Positions 26,969 through 37,329 of a stretch of 64,000 nucleotides of DNA are shown here, piece by piece (positions within the stretch are counted from its first letter, which is position 1; every line of letters starts with the position of its first letter). The stretch lies in contig CAVXWP010000002.1 of NCBI GenBank assembly GCA_963765495.1, positions 480,001 through 544,000 of the forward strand, in the 5' to 3' direction. Both the position numbers and the translations under genes were made by a program. The notes beneath the pieces are model-generated. The model saw only the letters and a program-made list of their open reading frames with translations. It did not search any database and had not been told where the DNA came from. This stretch comes from Blastocatellia bacterium. GTDB lineage: Bacteria > Acidobacteriota > Blastocatellia > UBA7656.

Positions 26969-29146
26969 ATGTATTGCAGAGCATGCGGCGCATCGGTCAG
27001 CGATGCGGCAAATCACTGCCCGATATGTGGGGCTTCGACTCACACCGAAAGGCTTGATGACAAGACCGCTCAAGTTGACTCGGGGCGGGCAGACAATCAG
27101 CGGGACCCCTTGATAGGGCGCATCCTGGCCGGACGTTTCCGCATACTGGAAAAAATCGGTCAGGGCGGCATGGGAATCGTCTACAAGGGAGAGCACATAA
27201 GCATCAAGCGCCTGACGGCGATCAAGATACTGGCCTTGGACCTTGCGACCAATCAGGAATTTGTAGCTCGCTTCCGGCGAGAAGCCGAGATGGCAAGCAA
27301 TATTAATCATCCTAATGCCGTAGGCATTTACGATTTCGGCGAAGCCGAAGACGGGCTGGTCTATCTGGCGATGGAGTATCTGGATGGAGAGCCATTATCT
27401 GAAATACTGCGGCAGGAAGGTCCGCTCCCAATCGCGCGCGTCGTAAGCATCATCTATCAGGCGGCAGAGGCTCTGGATGCGGCGCATCAGATGGGCATCA
27501 TCCATCGCGATTTCAAGCCGGACAATGTGATGATCTGCCAGAGAGGAAGCCGCCCAGACTGGGTCAAAGTAGTCGATTTCGGTCTGGCCAAACGGACTCG
27601 TATGGAATCGCCGCAAGAAGCATTGACCCGCACGGGATTCATGCTCGGCACGCCGGATTATATGTCTCCCGAACAGGTGCTCGGCGAAGAGTTGACTCCG
27701 CGCTCGGACCTTTACAGCCTTGCCCTTGTGGCCTACGAAATGCTCACCTGCAAACTTCCTTTTTCAGGGTCAACGCCGCAAAACCAGATGTTCAAACGTT
27801 TGATCGAACCACCGGCGTCATTACTCGCCACAAGGCCGGACCTGCCTCTGCCTGCCGCGCTTGAAAGCGTCTTGATGAAAGCCCTTGCGCGCGATCCAAA
27901 TGATCGTCATTTGTCGGCTCTCGAATTCGCATCGGAACTCGATCAGGCAGCATTGGCGGGCGCGGGCGCAAGAGGGAGTTCTTCTGTAACGGTCGCGCAG
28001 GCTAAACCGGCCGCCACAACAAACCTCACCTGCAATCGATGCGGCGCAACTGCTTCGGGTGAACAGCGATTTTGCGATGTCTGCGGAACGCCGCTTTCAG
28101 CCACGGCCGTTACTATGCCGCCTCCTGTGACAAGCCCGGGTATAGCTCCGGCCTACGATCAGGTGGCATCCGGGTTTTCGGCTCCGGCTGTTGCATCTCC
28201 GCCCGCAACAATCGGCCTCGAACCTGATCGTAAGAAGAGAGGCAGGAATACGGCTGTCTGGATCATGACTCTCGTGGCATTGATCGCAATAGGCGTAGCC
28301 GTTTATTTCGCCACCAGAGGAACATTATTCCCACCAAAGGTATCGCCATCCGACAGGGTGGTAGCATCGCTCCGCAGGGCAGTCGATTATGGAAGACTGA
28401 TGTTGTTCTCACCCGACGACGCCTATTCGTTCTATTATCAGCTAAAAGACCTTGACCCGAATAATCAAGCACTCAAAGAGATCGCCCCTTCCGTCCTCCC
28501 ACAACTGCGCAGCATGGGTGATGCGATCTTCGATCAAAAGACAGCCATAGGTGCGGATGATTTGACAAACCAGGACTGGGCAAAGGCGCTTCGAATTTAT
28601 AAATGGGCGCATGACCTTGATCCTGCCGATAGAACCATAGAGGCGCGGTGGAGATTTAGCGAGGGTGAGGTGGCAAAATCAGAGAACAGAAGAGACGATG
28701 CCGACCGCAGTTTCTATGCCGCCTCTCAAATAGACCCTGCCTGGGCACTGCCGCAAAACAGCATGGGATTGCTGCGCGCTGAAAACAAGAAATATTCTGA
28801 TGCTCTGCAGTTTTATATGCGCGCAATCAAACTCCAGTCCGATTGGGAAATTCCCTACAACAACGTTGGGACGACATATTTTCTCCTGAAGGATTACGAT
28901 AAAGCCGAAGCCTGGTACCGCAAGGCCCTTGAGATCAATCCCAACTGGTCGCGACCTTATATGTGGCTGGGAACACTCTACGAGCAAAAGGATATGCCCG
29001 AGAAGGCTATTGAAGAATATCAGACGGCGCTTAACCTTGATCCAAACGGAAAGTCAATAAACGTTACCCAGATTCAAAAGAGGATCGAAGAGCTTCAGCA
29101 GAAGGTCGAGCAGTCTCAACAAAAGACCGAGCAACAGCAGCAATAG
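26969..29146 (+). CDS. Membrane Hanks-type Ser/Thr kinase with two zinc ribbons and extracytoplasmic TPR repeats
   Basis: GQGGMG, HRDFKPDN, DFG and GTPDYMSPEQ. CxxC pairs lie either side of the kinase, then a TM helix and TPR-like repeats. Confidence 0.92.
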   Translation: MYCRACGASVSDAANHCPICGASTHTERLDDKTAQVDSGRADNQRDPLIGRILAGRFRILEKIGQGGMGIVYKGEHISIKRLTAIKILALDLATNQEFVARFRREAEMASNINHPNAVGIYDFGEAEDGLVYLAMEYLDGEPLSEILRQEGPLPIARVVSIIYQAAEALDAAHQMGIIHRDFKPDNVMICQRGSRPDWVKVVDFGLAKRTRMESPQEALTRTGFMLGTPDYMSPEQVLGEELTPRSDLYSLALVAYEMLTCKLPFSGSTPQNQMFKRLIEPPASLLATRPDLPLPAALESVLMKALARDPNDRHLSALEFASELDQAALAGAGARGSSSVTVAQAKPAATTNLTCNRCGATASGEQRFCDVCGTPLSATAVTMPPPVTSPGIAPAYDQVASGFSAPAVASPPATIGLEPDRKKRGRNTAVWIMTLVALIAIGVAVYFATRGTLFPPKVSPSDRVVASLRRAVDYGRLMLFSPDDAYSFYYQLKDLDPNNQALKEIAPSVLPQLRSMGDAIFDQKTAIGADDLTNQDWAKALRIYKWAHDLDPADRTIEARWRFSEGEVAKSENRRDDADRSFYAASQIDPAWALPQNSMGLLRAENKKYSDALQFYMRAIKLQSDWEIPYNNVGTTYFLLKDYDKAEAWYRKALEINPNWSRPYMWLGTLYEQKDMPEKAIEEYQTALNLDPNGKSINVTQIQKRIEELQQKVEQSQQKTEQQQQ

Positions 29147-29193
29147 ACGGCGCTCAGGACTGCCGCTAATTCCGTAGCAGGTTATAACGCAGG

Positions 29194-29979
29194 TTATAAC
29201 GAATGCCCGACACCCAGAGACTCAAGGAGTAAATCCATGACGTAGAGGAGAGCCACTCCGGCAAAGACCATAAGCGAGGCCCTCAACCCTCCCTCGCGGG
29301 TGTTGACTTCCGGAATAAGATCGGAGGCCGCGACATAGAGCGTGACCCCCGCCGAAAGCGGCAGCGCGTAGGAAGAAAGCGAGCGGGAGTAAACATCAAT
29401 GCCTTGAAATGCCACGACCAGCGTCACGCCTGTCAAGGTCGCCAATCCAATCAAGAATGCAGATATTAATGCGCTGCGGCGACTGCGGCCCGCTGCAAGC
29501 ATCATAGAGGCTACGGTAAATCCTTCCGGCAGTTTGTGAAGCAGTATGGCCACGAAAATGATCAGACCCAGTTCGAAGCTCACCACCGAGGCCACGGCTA
29601 TCGAGACGCCGTCAAAAAAACTGTGAATCATCAATGCGCCTACTCCCGCCACGGCAGCGTGATGCGCCAGCATTGCATCTTCGTGAGTCTCTTCTCCAAA
29701 ATGGAAATGTGGCGCAACCGTGTGCTCCGCCAGTTGGATGAGCAGATAGCCTGCAAGCAACCACAACATTGGGACAAGCACCTCACCTGACCATAGCGAT
29801 ACCGTCTCAGGTATGATCTTTAGAAAGACCGCCGCCAGCATGAAGCCCGCCCCCAGGGCTATCAGATACCTGAGCGCTTCGTGCCCCAAACGACGCGTCG
29901 AGACCAAAAGTCCACCAAGAATGTTAGCTACCGCCGCCATCAAACCATAAAGGAATATATAAAAAGTCCCCTTTGTCAT
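29194..29979 (-). CDS. ZIP family metal transporter
   Basis: HFHFGEETH loop, HSFFDG, HKLPEG and ASDLIPE motifs. Confidence 0.92.
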   Translation of the reverse strand: MTKGTFYIFLYGLMAAVANILGGLLVSTRRLGHEALRYLIALGAGFMLAAVFLKIIPETVSLWSGEVLVPMLWLLAGYLLIQLAEHTVAPHFHFGEETHEDAMLAHHAAVAGVGALMIHSFFDGVSIAVASVVSFELGLIIFVAILLHKLPEGFTVASMMLAAGRSRRSALISAFLIGLATLTGVTLVVAFQGIDVYSRSLSSYALPLSAGVTLYVAASDLIPEVNTREGGLRASLMVFAGVALLYVMDLLLESLGVGHSL

Positions 29980-30153
29980 CCGTCACGCCTCTTTTCGCCT
30001 GCCAAAGCCTCGCACTATACCATAATTATCCCCTCCCGGAATATGCGAAATTTCATGCACTCGCTACCCCTTTCATAAACCTGCCTTCGTTTAGAAGTCA
30101 TCAGTTAAAGCTCTTACACCTGTCGCAGCCCTCCCATTTATAAAATTTCACTA

Positions 30154-30216
30154 TTGACAGCCATTCTCTTCTGACATACCATCCTCAAGCAGTGGACCAA
30201 AGTGGACCGAAGTGGA
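30154..30216 (+). promoter_or_regulatory. Pmra promoter with three MraZ boxes
   Basis: TTGACA(30154)-N17-TACCAT, then AGTGGA repeated at 30191, 30201 and 30211 (10-nt period), matching known GTGG-type MraZ direct repeats. Confidence 0.8.
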
Positions 30217-30299
30217 ACTGAGGTCAAAAACATTTGAAAACAGCAGTAAGAGTGAGATGGTTAAGATTGCACTTTAAGTTTTAGGCATAACGCGCTAAG

Positions 30300-30743
30300 A
30301 TGCTAAGAGGAAGTTACACGGTCAGGATGGACGAAAAAGGCCGCATCAAGCTCCCTGCTGCCTACCGTCGCTATGTTGACGAGCATTACGGTTCAGAATT
30401 CTATGTAACAAGTGTGACAGGCGAATGCGCGCGCCTGTACCCGATGCCGGAGTGGCTGTTGATTGAAGAGAAACTTCAAGCCAAAGGCACTAATGATATG
30501 ACTGTGAGGAAGTTCCTGGATCGCACAAATTTTTTCGGCCAGTTGGCAGAGATGGACTCTCAGGGCCGCATACTTATCCATCCGCTTTTGCGCACTGACG
30601 CGAACCTGGTCGGAGAGGTTTCGGTGCTCGGATACCTACAGTATTTGGAAGTATGGAGCCTGGATAGGTTCAAGGCAACCCGTCTGGATAGTCAGCCCTA
30701 CACCGCCGAGGATGAGGCGAATCTGGCTCAGATGGGTATATGA
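30300..30743 (+). CDS. mraZ: Transcriptional regulator MraZ
   Basis: Duplicated MDEKGR / MDSQGR motifs, first gene of the dcw cluster. Confidence 0.95.
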   Translation: MLRGSYTVRMDEKGRIKLPAAYRRYVDEHYGSEFYVTSVTGECARLYPMPEWLLIEEKLQAKGTNDMTVRKFLDRTNFFGQLAEMDSQGRILIHPLLRTDANLVGEVSVLGYLQYLEVWSLDRFKATRLDSQPYTAEDEANLAQMGI

Positions 30744-30765
30744 ATCGAATTTCGATGGAACGAAA

Positions 30766-31758
30766 ATGCTCACACACGACGATGAGGAAAGCCGGGCGCA
30801 CGAGCCTGTTTTGCTGGATGAAGTCATCAGGTGGCTTGAGCCTGAAAGAGGTGGCATCTTCGTAGACTGCACGCTTGGGCCGGGCGGACACTCCGAAGCT
30901 ATGCTTCGAGCATCACCCGAGACTAAGGTGATCGGTATAGACCGCGACATTGAAGCCCTGGAATTAGCGCAAAAGCGGTTGGCGATTTTTGAAAACAGAT
31001 TCCAGACGGTCCACGCCGGTTTCGACGAATTAGGCAATGTCCTGACCAGCCTTAACGTGAAAGGCATTCAGGGAGGGCTGGCCGATTTGGGCGTTTCATC
31101 GTTGCAACTTGATCATAGCGAGCGCGGGTTCAGTTTCACTCAGGATGCTCCGCTAGACATGCGAATGGATCAGGGTGGTGGAGAAACTGCCGCCGAAATA
31201 GTCAATCGGCTCCCAGAGGCTGAACTGGCAGATTTGATCTTTGGATACGGAGAAGAGCGAGGCTCACGCAAAATCGCCCGCGCGATCATACGAGAGCGGG
31301 AACGCCAGCCTATAGCTACCACGGGCAGGCTTGCGGAGATCATCGTGCGAGCGCTCAAGGTCCCCGGCAGATGGCGCATACATCCCGCGACTCGCACTTT
31401 TCAGGCTCTGCGGATCGCGGTCAACGATGAATTGAATGCGTTGGAGCGATTTATTCCCGACGCCATATCGGCGCTGGAGAGCGGCGGGCGGCTCGCCATC
31501 ATATCTTTTCATTCGCTGGAGGACCGCATCGTCAAACGGAGATTCTTATTAGAATCGGGCCGGTGTAACTGCCCGGTGGGAATGAGAAGGAGCAGTCTTC
31601 CGATTGATTCGGGCGAGGTTGAATGTATATGCGCTCACTGTGGCGCGCAGAGGCGAGTAAGTATTCTGACGCGTAAGCCTGTGAGGCCCAGCCAGGCAGA
31701 AGTGGAGCGTAATCCGCGCGCTCGCAGCGCCCTTCTTCGAGTGTGCGAGAAAATTTAG
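30766..31758 (+). CDS. rsmH: 16S rRNA m4C1402 methyltransferase RsmH
   Basis: HEPVLL, DCTLGPGGHS, DLGVSS, FQALRIAVNDEL, FHSLEDR and NPRARSA motifs. Confidence 0.96.
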   Translation: MLTHDDEESRAHEPVLLDEVIRWLEPERGGIFVDCTLGPGGHSEAMLRASPETKVIGIDRDIEALELAQKRLAIFENRFQTVHAGFDELGNVLTSLNVKGIQGGLADLGVSSLQLDHSERGFSFTQDAPLDMRMDQGGGETAAEIVNRLPEAELADLIFGYGEERGSRKIARAIIRERERQPIATTGRLAEIIVRALKVPGRWRIHPATRTFQALRIAVNDELNALERFIPDAISALESGGRLAIISFHSLEDRIVKRRFLLESGRCNCPVGMRRSSLPIDSGEVECICAHCGAQRRVSILTRKPVRPSQAEVERNPRARSALLRVCEKI

Positions 31759-31881
31759 TGACCGATTACAACAGGCCGGTTCCCCCCTAAATGAACAAAC
31801 CGGTCTGGCAGGCGGCTTTTCAGGATGTGGATCTAGTCATCCCAAAAAGCCTTAATCCAATCCCGTATTGAGGCATAAATT

Positions 31882-32250
31882 ATGACCAGTCGCTTTTATC
31901 CCGATAAATCAATTCAAAACGCAACCGTGGCTCGACCCGTCAGGGCGCGTGTTTTTGTCTGGCTGATCGTGATCGCCGTGGCCGGCACTATTGTATCGAG
32001 CGGATTCGTCATCTCAGCGCGTCAGCACTTCGAAGCAGTGGCACTCGGCTATCAAAGCGAAGAGCTTCGGCGCGAGGCTATACAGCTTGAAGAAAAGAAG
32101 CGCCAGCTTGAACTGGAGCACGCCCGCGCCTCTTCGCCGGTAGAGATCGTGCGGCAGGCAGAGAAGATAGGGCTTGAGCGAACAGGCGCAAGCGAAGACC
32201 ACTCTGACTCGAAATCACAGACAGGCAGTACAAAGGGGGCGCGCCCGTAG
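31882..32250 (+). CDS. ftsL: Cell division protein FtsL
   Basis: Single TM helix plus coiled coil, located between rsmH and ftsI. Confidence 0.75.
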   Translation: MTSRFYPDKSIQNATVARPVRARVFVWLIVIAVAGTIVSSGFVISARQHFEAVALGYQSEELRREAIQLEEKKRQLELEHARASSPVEIVRQAEKIGLERTGASEDHSDSKSQTGSTKGARP

Positions 32251-32282
32251 TTTTCAGTCTCTGAGTAGTTTTCAGTCTCTGA
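32247..32282. repeat. Exact 18-bp tandem duplication
   Basis: GTAGTTTTCAGTCTCTGA twice, starting at the ftsL stop. Confidence 0.9.
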
Positions 32283-32298
32283 AACGCAGGCTCGATAG

Positions 32299-34407
32299 AT
32301 GATGAAAGCGAAGGCCAACAAAACTTCAACCAGGCGGCTGGTGATCATTCAGGTAGCGGTGATGGTGTGGACGCTGGCCATTGGCGTAAAGCTCGCCTGG
32401 CTTCAGGTGCACGAACATGACTGGCTGCTGGCGCGCGCCGGAAGACAACAGCAATTCTCGGTGCCTCTCTCTCCAACCAGAGGTCTGATCTATGACTGCA
32501 ACGGCAACGAGCTTGCCCGCTCGGTCAAAGTCAATTCGCTTTACGCAAGCCCGGCCGAAATTACCGACCCCGACATGGTCGCGGATCGCCTGTCCAGGCT
32601 CCTTGATGTGGATCGCGATGCGCTTTTCAAACGCCTAACATCAAGCCTTGTGCTTGTGGCTGTAAAGCGCAAACTCACAGATGAAGAGTCGGCGAAAGTC
32701 GAGGCTCTGAAGCTGCCCGGTCTTCGATTCGTGCCTGAGATGAAGCGATTCTATGTAAGCGGTGCCAGCGCTGCCCATGTGCTCGGGTTTGTCGATATGG
32801 ACGAAAAGGGTGTGGGCGGGCTTGAGTTGACTTATGACAAGATGATCTGCGGGCAGGAAGGCAAATTGCTGCTTGACGTAGATGCGCTCAAAAAGTCCTA
32901 CGATCACGAGATCGAAGAATCAATCCCCGGAGCAAACATCAACCTGACCATAGATATAATGATTCAGCACTACGCCGAAGAGGCGCTGGCTCGCGAGGTC
33001 CGTTCAAGCCACGCGCGGGGCGGCACCATCGTAGTCATCAGACCCGCTACGGGAGAGATTCTTGCTCTTGCCAACTATCCGACTTTCGATCCGAATAATG
33101 TAGCCGAGTCAAATGATATTCAGCGCCGCAATCGGGCAGTCGAGACCGCCTTCGAGCCCGGTTCGATATTCAAGATAGTCACCTACTCGGCGGCGCTCGA
33201 AGAGAAGATCATCACCCCCGATTCCAAGATTGATTGCCAGGGCGGGCAGATTCGTATCGCCAATCGTATTGTTCACGACCATCCTTATGGCGTGCTCACA
33301 GCCGCTCAGGCGCTTGCCAAATCATCCAACGTCGCGGCCATCAAACTGGGTTTGCGACTTGGCAATGAGCGGCTTGCAAGATACATAGACAAGTTCGGAT
33401 TTGGTCGCCGCACCGGCATAGAGCTTCCGGCCGAATCTCGCGGACTCTATAAGGACGTCAGCGAATGGGGGCCGACTTCTATCGGCTCGATACCAATGGG
33501 CCACGAAGTAGGCGTAACGGCATTGCAGGCCGTAGCCGCGTTTGCCGCGATTGCAAACGGCGGCATCTGGGTACAACCCCATCTGGTCAGCCAGGTCAGC
33601 TCTGCTTCCGGCGAAATTCTCCAGCAGTATAAAGGCGAATCACACCGGGTTGTGAGCGAAGCCACCGCAAATGCGTTAAAAGAGATGTTGGAAGGCGTAG
33701 TGGTTCGAGGAACAGGCAGGCGAGCGCAAATAAGCGGCTATCGAGCAGCGGGCAAGACCGGAACCGCGCAGAAAGTCGATCCTAAAACAGGTCGCTACTC
33801 TAATGTCGCGCATATCGCTTCGTTTGCCGGATTCGCTCCGGCAGACAACCCTGAGATTGCCTGCATAGTCTCGATAGACGAGCCGCAGGGAGCGCATCAC
33901 GGAGGTGACGTGGCTGCGCCGGTCTTTGCACAGGTGGTTTCCGACGCGCTGCACACTCTCGGAGTTCCGCCGGAGGATGATCCTCAGGCTCAAGTGGCTA
34001 TGAGTGATTTCCAGGTCTATGACGCGCCTCACGCAATATTTGACGGCCACGCTTCCGAAGAGAAACCCTCCGACAAGAGACCCGCGATTGACATCGCCAC
34101 CAACACGACTGAAAGGGCGGATGTTTCCAGACTGCGAAACCCGGTTGTTGTACCCGACCTCACAGGAAAAGGGCTTCGAGAGGCCATAGCGCTTTGCGCC
34201 TCGCGCGGATTGGACGTAGAGGCGAGCGGCGACGGCATAATAACAGGACAGAGCCCGCCGCCGGGCACGCTTGTCGCCGAAGAGACTACCTGTCATTTGA
34301 GATTATCGAAGCGAGTCGCAAAAAATGAGAGGCCCCCGGGCGCAAAACCGGCTTCGCGGCCCGCAACCAAAACAGCTAAAGGAGTGACGACGAGGGCCAA
34401 CTATTGA
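32299..34407 (+). CDS. ftsI: Septal transpeptidase FtsI (PBP3) with C-terminal PASTA domain
   Basis: RGLIYD.NG, GLE, EPGSIFK, KSSN, KTGTAQK and PASTA VPDLTGK..QSPPPG. Confidence 0.94.
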   Translation: MMKAKANKTSTRRLVIIQVAVMVWTLAIGVKLAWLQVHEHDWLLARAGRQQQFSVPLSPTRGLIYDCNGNELARSVKVNSLYASPAEITDPDMVADRLSRLLDVDRDALFKRLTSSLVLVAVKRKLTDEESAKVEALKLPGLRFVPEMKRFYVSGASAAHVLGFVDMDEKGVGGLELTYDKMICGQEGKLLLDVDALKKSYDHEIEESIPGANINLTIDIMIQHYAEEALAREVRSSHARGGTIVVIRPATGEILALANYPTFDPNNVAESNDIQRRNRAVETAFEPGSIFKIVTYSAALEEKIITPDSKIDCQGGQIRIANRIVHDHPYGVLTAAQALAKSSNVAAIKLGLRLGNERLARYIDKFGFGRRTGIELPAESRGLYKDVSEWGPTSIGSIPMGHEVGVTALQAVAAFAAIANGGIWVQPHLVSQVSSASGEILQQYKGESHRVVSEATANALKEMLEGVVVRGTGRRAQISGYRAAGKTGTAQKVDPKTGRYSNVAHIASFAGFAPADNPEIACIVSIDEPQGAHHGGDVAAPVFAQVVSDALHTLGVPPEDDPQAQVAMSDFQVYDAPHAIFDGHASEEKPSDKRPAIDIATNTTERADVSRLRNPVVVPDLTGKGLREAIALCASRGLDVEASGDGIITGQSPPPGTLVAEETTCHLRLSKRVAKNERPPGAKPASRPATKTAKGVTTRANY

Positions 34408-34410
34408 AGT

Positions 34411-34498
34411 GTGATTCGTGATTCGTGATTTTCGGGCAGCCGATTTTTTTGCAAGCATCCTTTCTCACGAACCATGAATCAAGAATCACGGATCACGA
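34411..34498. repeat. Heptamer inverted-repeat element, family A variant (GTGATTC)n
   Basis: GTGATTCGTGATTCGTGA ... GAATCAAGAATCACGGATCACGA, running straight into the murE ATG. Confidence 0.8.
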
Positions 34499-36049
34499 AT
34501 GAAACTCGCGGAACTGGCAAAAGAGATATGTGCGATTGCCGCCACCGGGGCGCTCGATTCCAATGCGCGCGATGTAACACACGACTCTCGCGCATGCGCT
34601 CCGGGCACCGTCTTTGTCGCTATCAGCGGAGAGAAAGTTGACGCGCACGACTTTATTTCGCAGGCGGTCGAGCGAGGCGCGGTCGCGGTTATCTCGGAGC
34701 GGCAGAGCGATCTGGCGCAGGCCCCGGCATGGATAGAGGTTTCCGATGCGCGAGGGGCTCAGGCTCAGGCGGCGGCAGCCGTGCACGGTCACCCGTCGCA
34801 AAAATTAAAGCTTGTGGGTATCACAGGGACGAACGGCAAGACAACGACTGCGCACTTGATAGATTCGATCATTAGAGCGGCAGAAGGAACATCGGCAATG
34901 TTCGGAACCATTCAATACAGAATAGCCGAAGAATCGGCGACCGCGCATCATACTACTCCTGAATCATCCGATATTCAGCGTATGCTTGCGCAGGCGGTCG
35001 CTGCCGGTTGCCGCTCTGCCGTGATGGAGGTCTCTTCTCATGCAATCGAGCTCCGTCGCGCGCTCGGCTTGAAGTTTGCCGCTGCCGTCTTCACCAATCT
35101 CACACGCGACCACCTCGATTATCACAAGACGATGGAAAGCTACTTCGCCGCAAAAGAGAAGCTCTTCAACGGGGGTGTAGGCTATGATCCCGGCGCGTCA
35201 ATAATCAATATTGACGACGAGTACGGGCGCAGGCTCACAAAGACTGCCAGAGGGGACAAGATCACCTACGGCTTCAACCCAAATGCCGATGTGCGCACGG
35301 ATGATTTTTCGATAACCGCACGCGGTCTTCGCTTCACGGCTCTCACGCCATCGGGACGCGCCGAAATCACATCATCGCTTGTTGGGCGGCCTCACGTTTA
35401 CAACACGCTCGCGGCCATCGCCACAGGATTGGCTCTGGGATTCGATTTGGAGACCGTGGCGCGCGGAGTGGCTGAAAACCCGGGCGTTGCCGGTCGCTTC
35501 GAGCGCGTAATACCTGATGACGAGCACCCGGCAGATTTCGCTGTCATCGTAGATTATGCGCACACAGACGATGCGTTAAAGAATGTCTTGCAAACAGCGC
35601 GTGAAATCGTCAGCGGGGGCCGGGGACCGGGGGCCGGGGACCGGGAAGAGACGAGGAGAGAATCATCGCATCAACAGGAGGCGGGGAGAGTCATAACTGT
35701 CTTTGGATGCGGCGGCGACAGGGATCGTACCAAGCGAGCGCCGATGGGTGAAATCGCCGCTCGCCTGAGCGATTTCGTTATAGCCACTTCGGATAATCCC
35801 CGAAGCGAGGATCCTCTGAAAATCATCGAAGATATCGAAGTTGGACTCAAAAGCGCGGGACAGCCTTATATAAGGATGGCTGACCGGCGCGATGCAATTT
35901 TTCGCGCGATCAATGAAGCGCAAAGGGGCGACATAGTTGTAATTGCGGGCAAGGGGCACGAGACGTATCAGATATTAGGCGATCAAACAATCCATTTCGA
36001 TGATCGCGAAGTAGCACGCGAAGCGATGAAACGAAGGGATGAGGGATGA
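34499..36049 (+). CDS. murE: UDP-MurNAc-tripeptide synthetase MurE (meso-DAP type)
   Basis: GITGTNGKTT, MEVSSH, DYAHT, FGCGGDRD, DNPR (DAP specificity) and AGKGHE motifs. Confidence 0.96.
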   Translation: MKLAELAKEICAIAATGALDSNARDVTHDSRACAPGTVFVAISGEKVDAHDFISQAVERGAVAVISERQSDLAQAPAWIEVSDARGAQAQAAAAVHGHPSQKLKLVGITGTNGKTTTAHLIDSIIRAAEGTSAMFGTIQYRIAEESATAHHTTPESSDIQRMLAQAVAAGCRSAVMEVSSHAIELRRALGLKFAAAVFTNLTRDHLDYHKTMESYFAAKEKLFNGGVGYDPGASIINIDDEYGRRLTKTARGDKITYGFNPNADVRTDDFSITARGLRFTALTPSGRAEITSSLVGRPHVYNTLAAIATGLALGFDLETVARGVAENPGVAGRFERVIPDDEHPADFAVIVDYAHTDDALKNVLQTAREIVSGGRGPGAGDREETRRESSHQQEAGRVITVFGCGGDRDRTKRAPMGEIAARLSDFVIATSDNPRSEDPLKIIEDIEVGLKSAGQPYIRMADRRDAIFRAINEAQRGDIVVIAGKGHETYQILGDQTIHFDDREVAREAMKRRDEG

Positions 36050-36153
36050 GGGATGAGGGATGAAAAGGACTGGCAGGAAAGACTTCGATAAATGGTCGTT
36101 CGGATTAATCAGGCTGTGACCAGCCTCCTTTTCATCCCTCATCCCTCATCCCT
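36035..36153. repeat. Heptamer (AGGGATG)n inverted-repeat element
   Basis: Perfect 28-bp arms at 36042-36069 and 36126-36153. Contains the murE stop. Confidence 0.92.
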
Positions 36154-36161
36154 GCTGAGGC

Positions 36162-37271
36162 GTGATGTTTTATTACTTAAAACTATTTCAGGACGTCCAC
36201 GATAGCCTTTCGTTTCTGCGGCTGTTCGATTTCGTCACGTTTCGCACGGCCTGGGCGGCTATAACGGCGCTTGTCATCAGCCTGATGTTTGGTCCGCGAA
36301 TGATTTCGATGTTGAGGCAATTTCAAATCGGCCAGCAAATCCGCGAGGAAGGACCGCGCTCGCATCAGTCCAAGCGCGGGACTCCCACTATGGGCGGAGT
36401 GCTGATTATCCTTGCCGTAACAATCTCGACTCTGCTGTGGTCGAATCTTTCGGTCGCTTACGTCTGGGTGGCGGTCGGCGCAACCGTAGCGTTTGGCGCG
36501 ATAGGCTTTGCCGACGATTATCTAAAGATCAAGCGCCAGCATAATCTGGGGCTTACAGGAAAAGAAAAACTCGCTCTGCAATTCGCCGTAGCTATCATAA
36601 TGGGGCTGGTGCTTCACTATTTCACCGCCTACAACACAAAGCTGAGCGTGCCTTTTGTAAAGACGTTTAACCCTGAGATATGGTGGCCGATTTATCTGCT
36701 CGTATTTGCGCCCATAGTGGTTGTCGGATGCTCGAATTCCGTGAATCTTACGGACGGGCTGGACGGGCTGGCTATCTCCGTCACTATGGTGACGGCGGCG
36801 GCGCTCACGGGCTTTACCTATGTTACCGGCCATGTAGTTTTCGCCAATTATCTGGGTCTGGTCTTTAACTCAGAGGTTCACGAGTTGACTATCTTCTGCG
36901 CCGCGCTGACAGGGGCAAGCCTCGGTTTTTTATGGTTCAACGCACCGCCCGCCGAAGTCTTCATGGGTGATGTGGGATCGCTCGGAATCGGAGGAGCCAT
37001 AGGCGCGGTCGCGGTGATGATAAAGCAGGAATTCCTGCTTGTGATGATCGGAGGCGTATTCGTCATCGAAGGGTTGTCGGTCATTTTGCAGGTTGCCTCT
37101 TTTAAGCTGTTTCGCAGACGAATTTTCAAGATGGCTCCGCTGCATCATCATTTCGAACTGTCGTACCCGCCGGAGGTCTCGCGGCGCATGGAATCAAAGA
37201 TAGTCTTTCGATTTCTTATACTGGCGATACTGCTCGCGCTGCTCGCGCTTTCCACTTTGAAGCTCAGGTAA
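36162..37271 (+). CDS. mraY: Phospho-MurNAc-pentapeptide transferase MraY
   Basis: [31 protein letters not shown] and MAPLHHHFE motifs. Confidence 0.97.
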   Translation: MMFYYLKLFQDVHDSLSFLRLFDFVTFRTAWAAITALVISLMFGPRMISMLRQFQIGQQIREEGPRSHQSKRGTPTMGGVLIILAVTISTLLWSNLSVAYVWVAVGATVAFGAIGFADDYLKIKRQHNLGLTGKEKLALQFAVAIIMGLVLHYFTAYNTKLSVPFVKTFNPEIWWPIYLLVFAPIVVVGCSNSVNLTDGLDGLAISVTMVTAAALTGFTYVTGHVVFANYLGLVFNSEVHELTIFCAALTGASLGFLWFNAPPAEVFMGDVGSLGIGGAIGAVAVMIKQEFLLVMIGGVFVIEGLSVILQVASFKLFRRRIFKMAPLHHHFELSYPPEVSRRMESKIVFRFLILAILLALLALSTLKLR

Positions 37272-37273
37272 GA

Positions 37274-37329
37274 GAGTTTTGAGTTTTGAGTTTTGAGTTT
37301 TGAGTTTTGAGTTTTGAGTTTTGAGTTTT
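37274..37329. repeat. Perfect heptamer microsatellite (GAGTTTT)x8
   Basis: Eight exact copies fill the mraY-murD spacer. Confidence 0.95.

Noticed and set aside
31558-31645. Cys-rich insert in RsmH
   Set aside because: CxC...CxC inserts at this position are widespread in RsmH. This one is only slightly longer.
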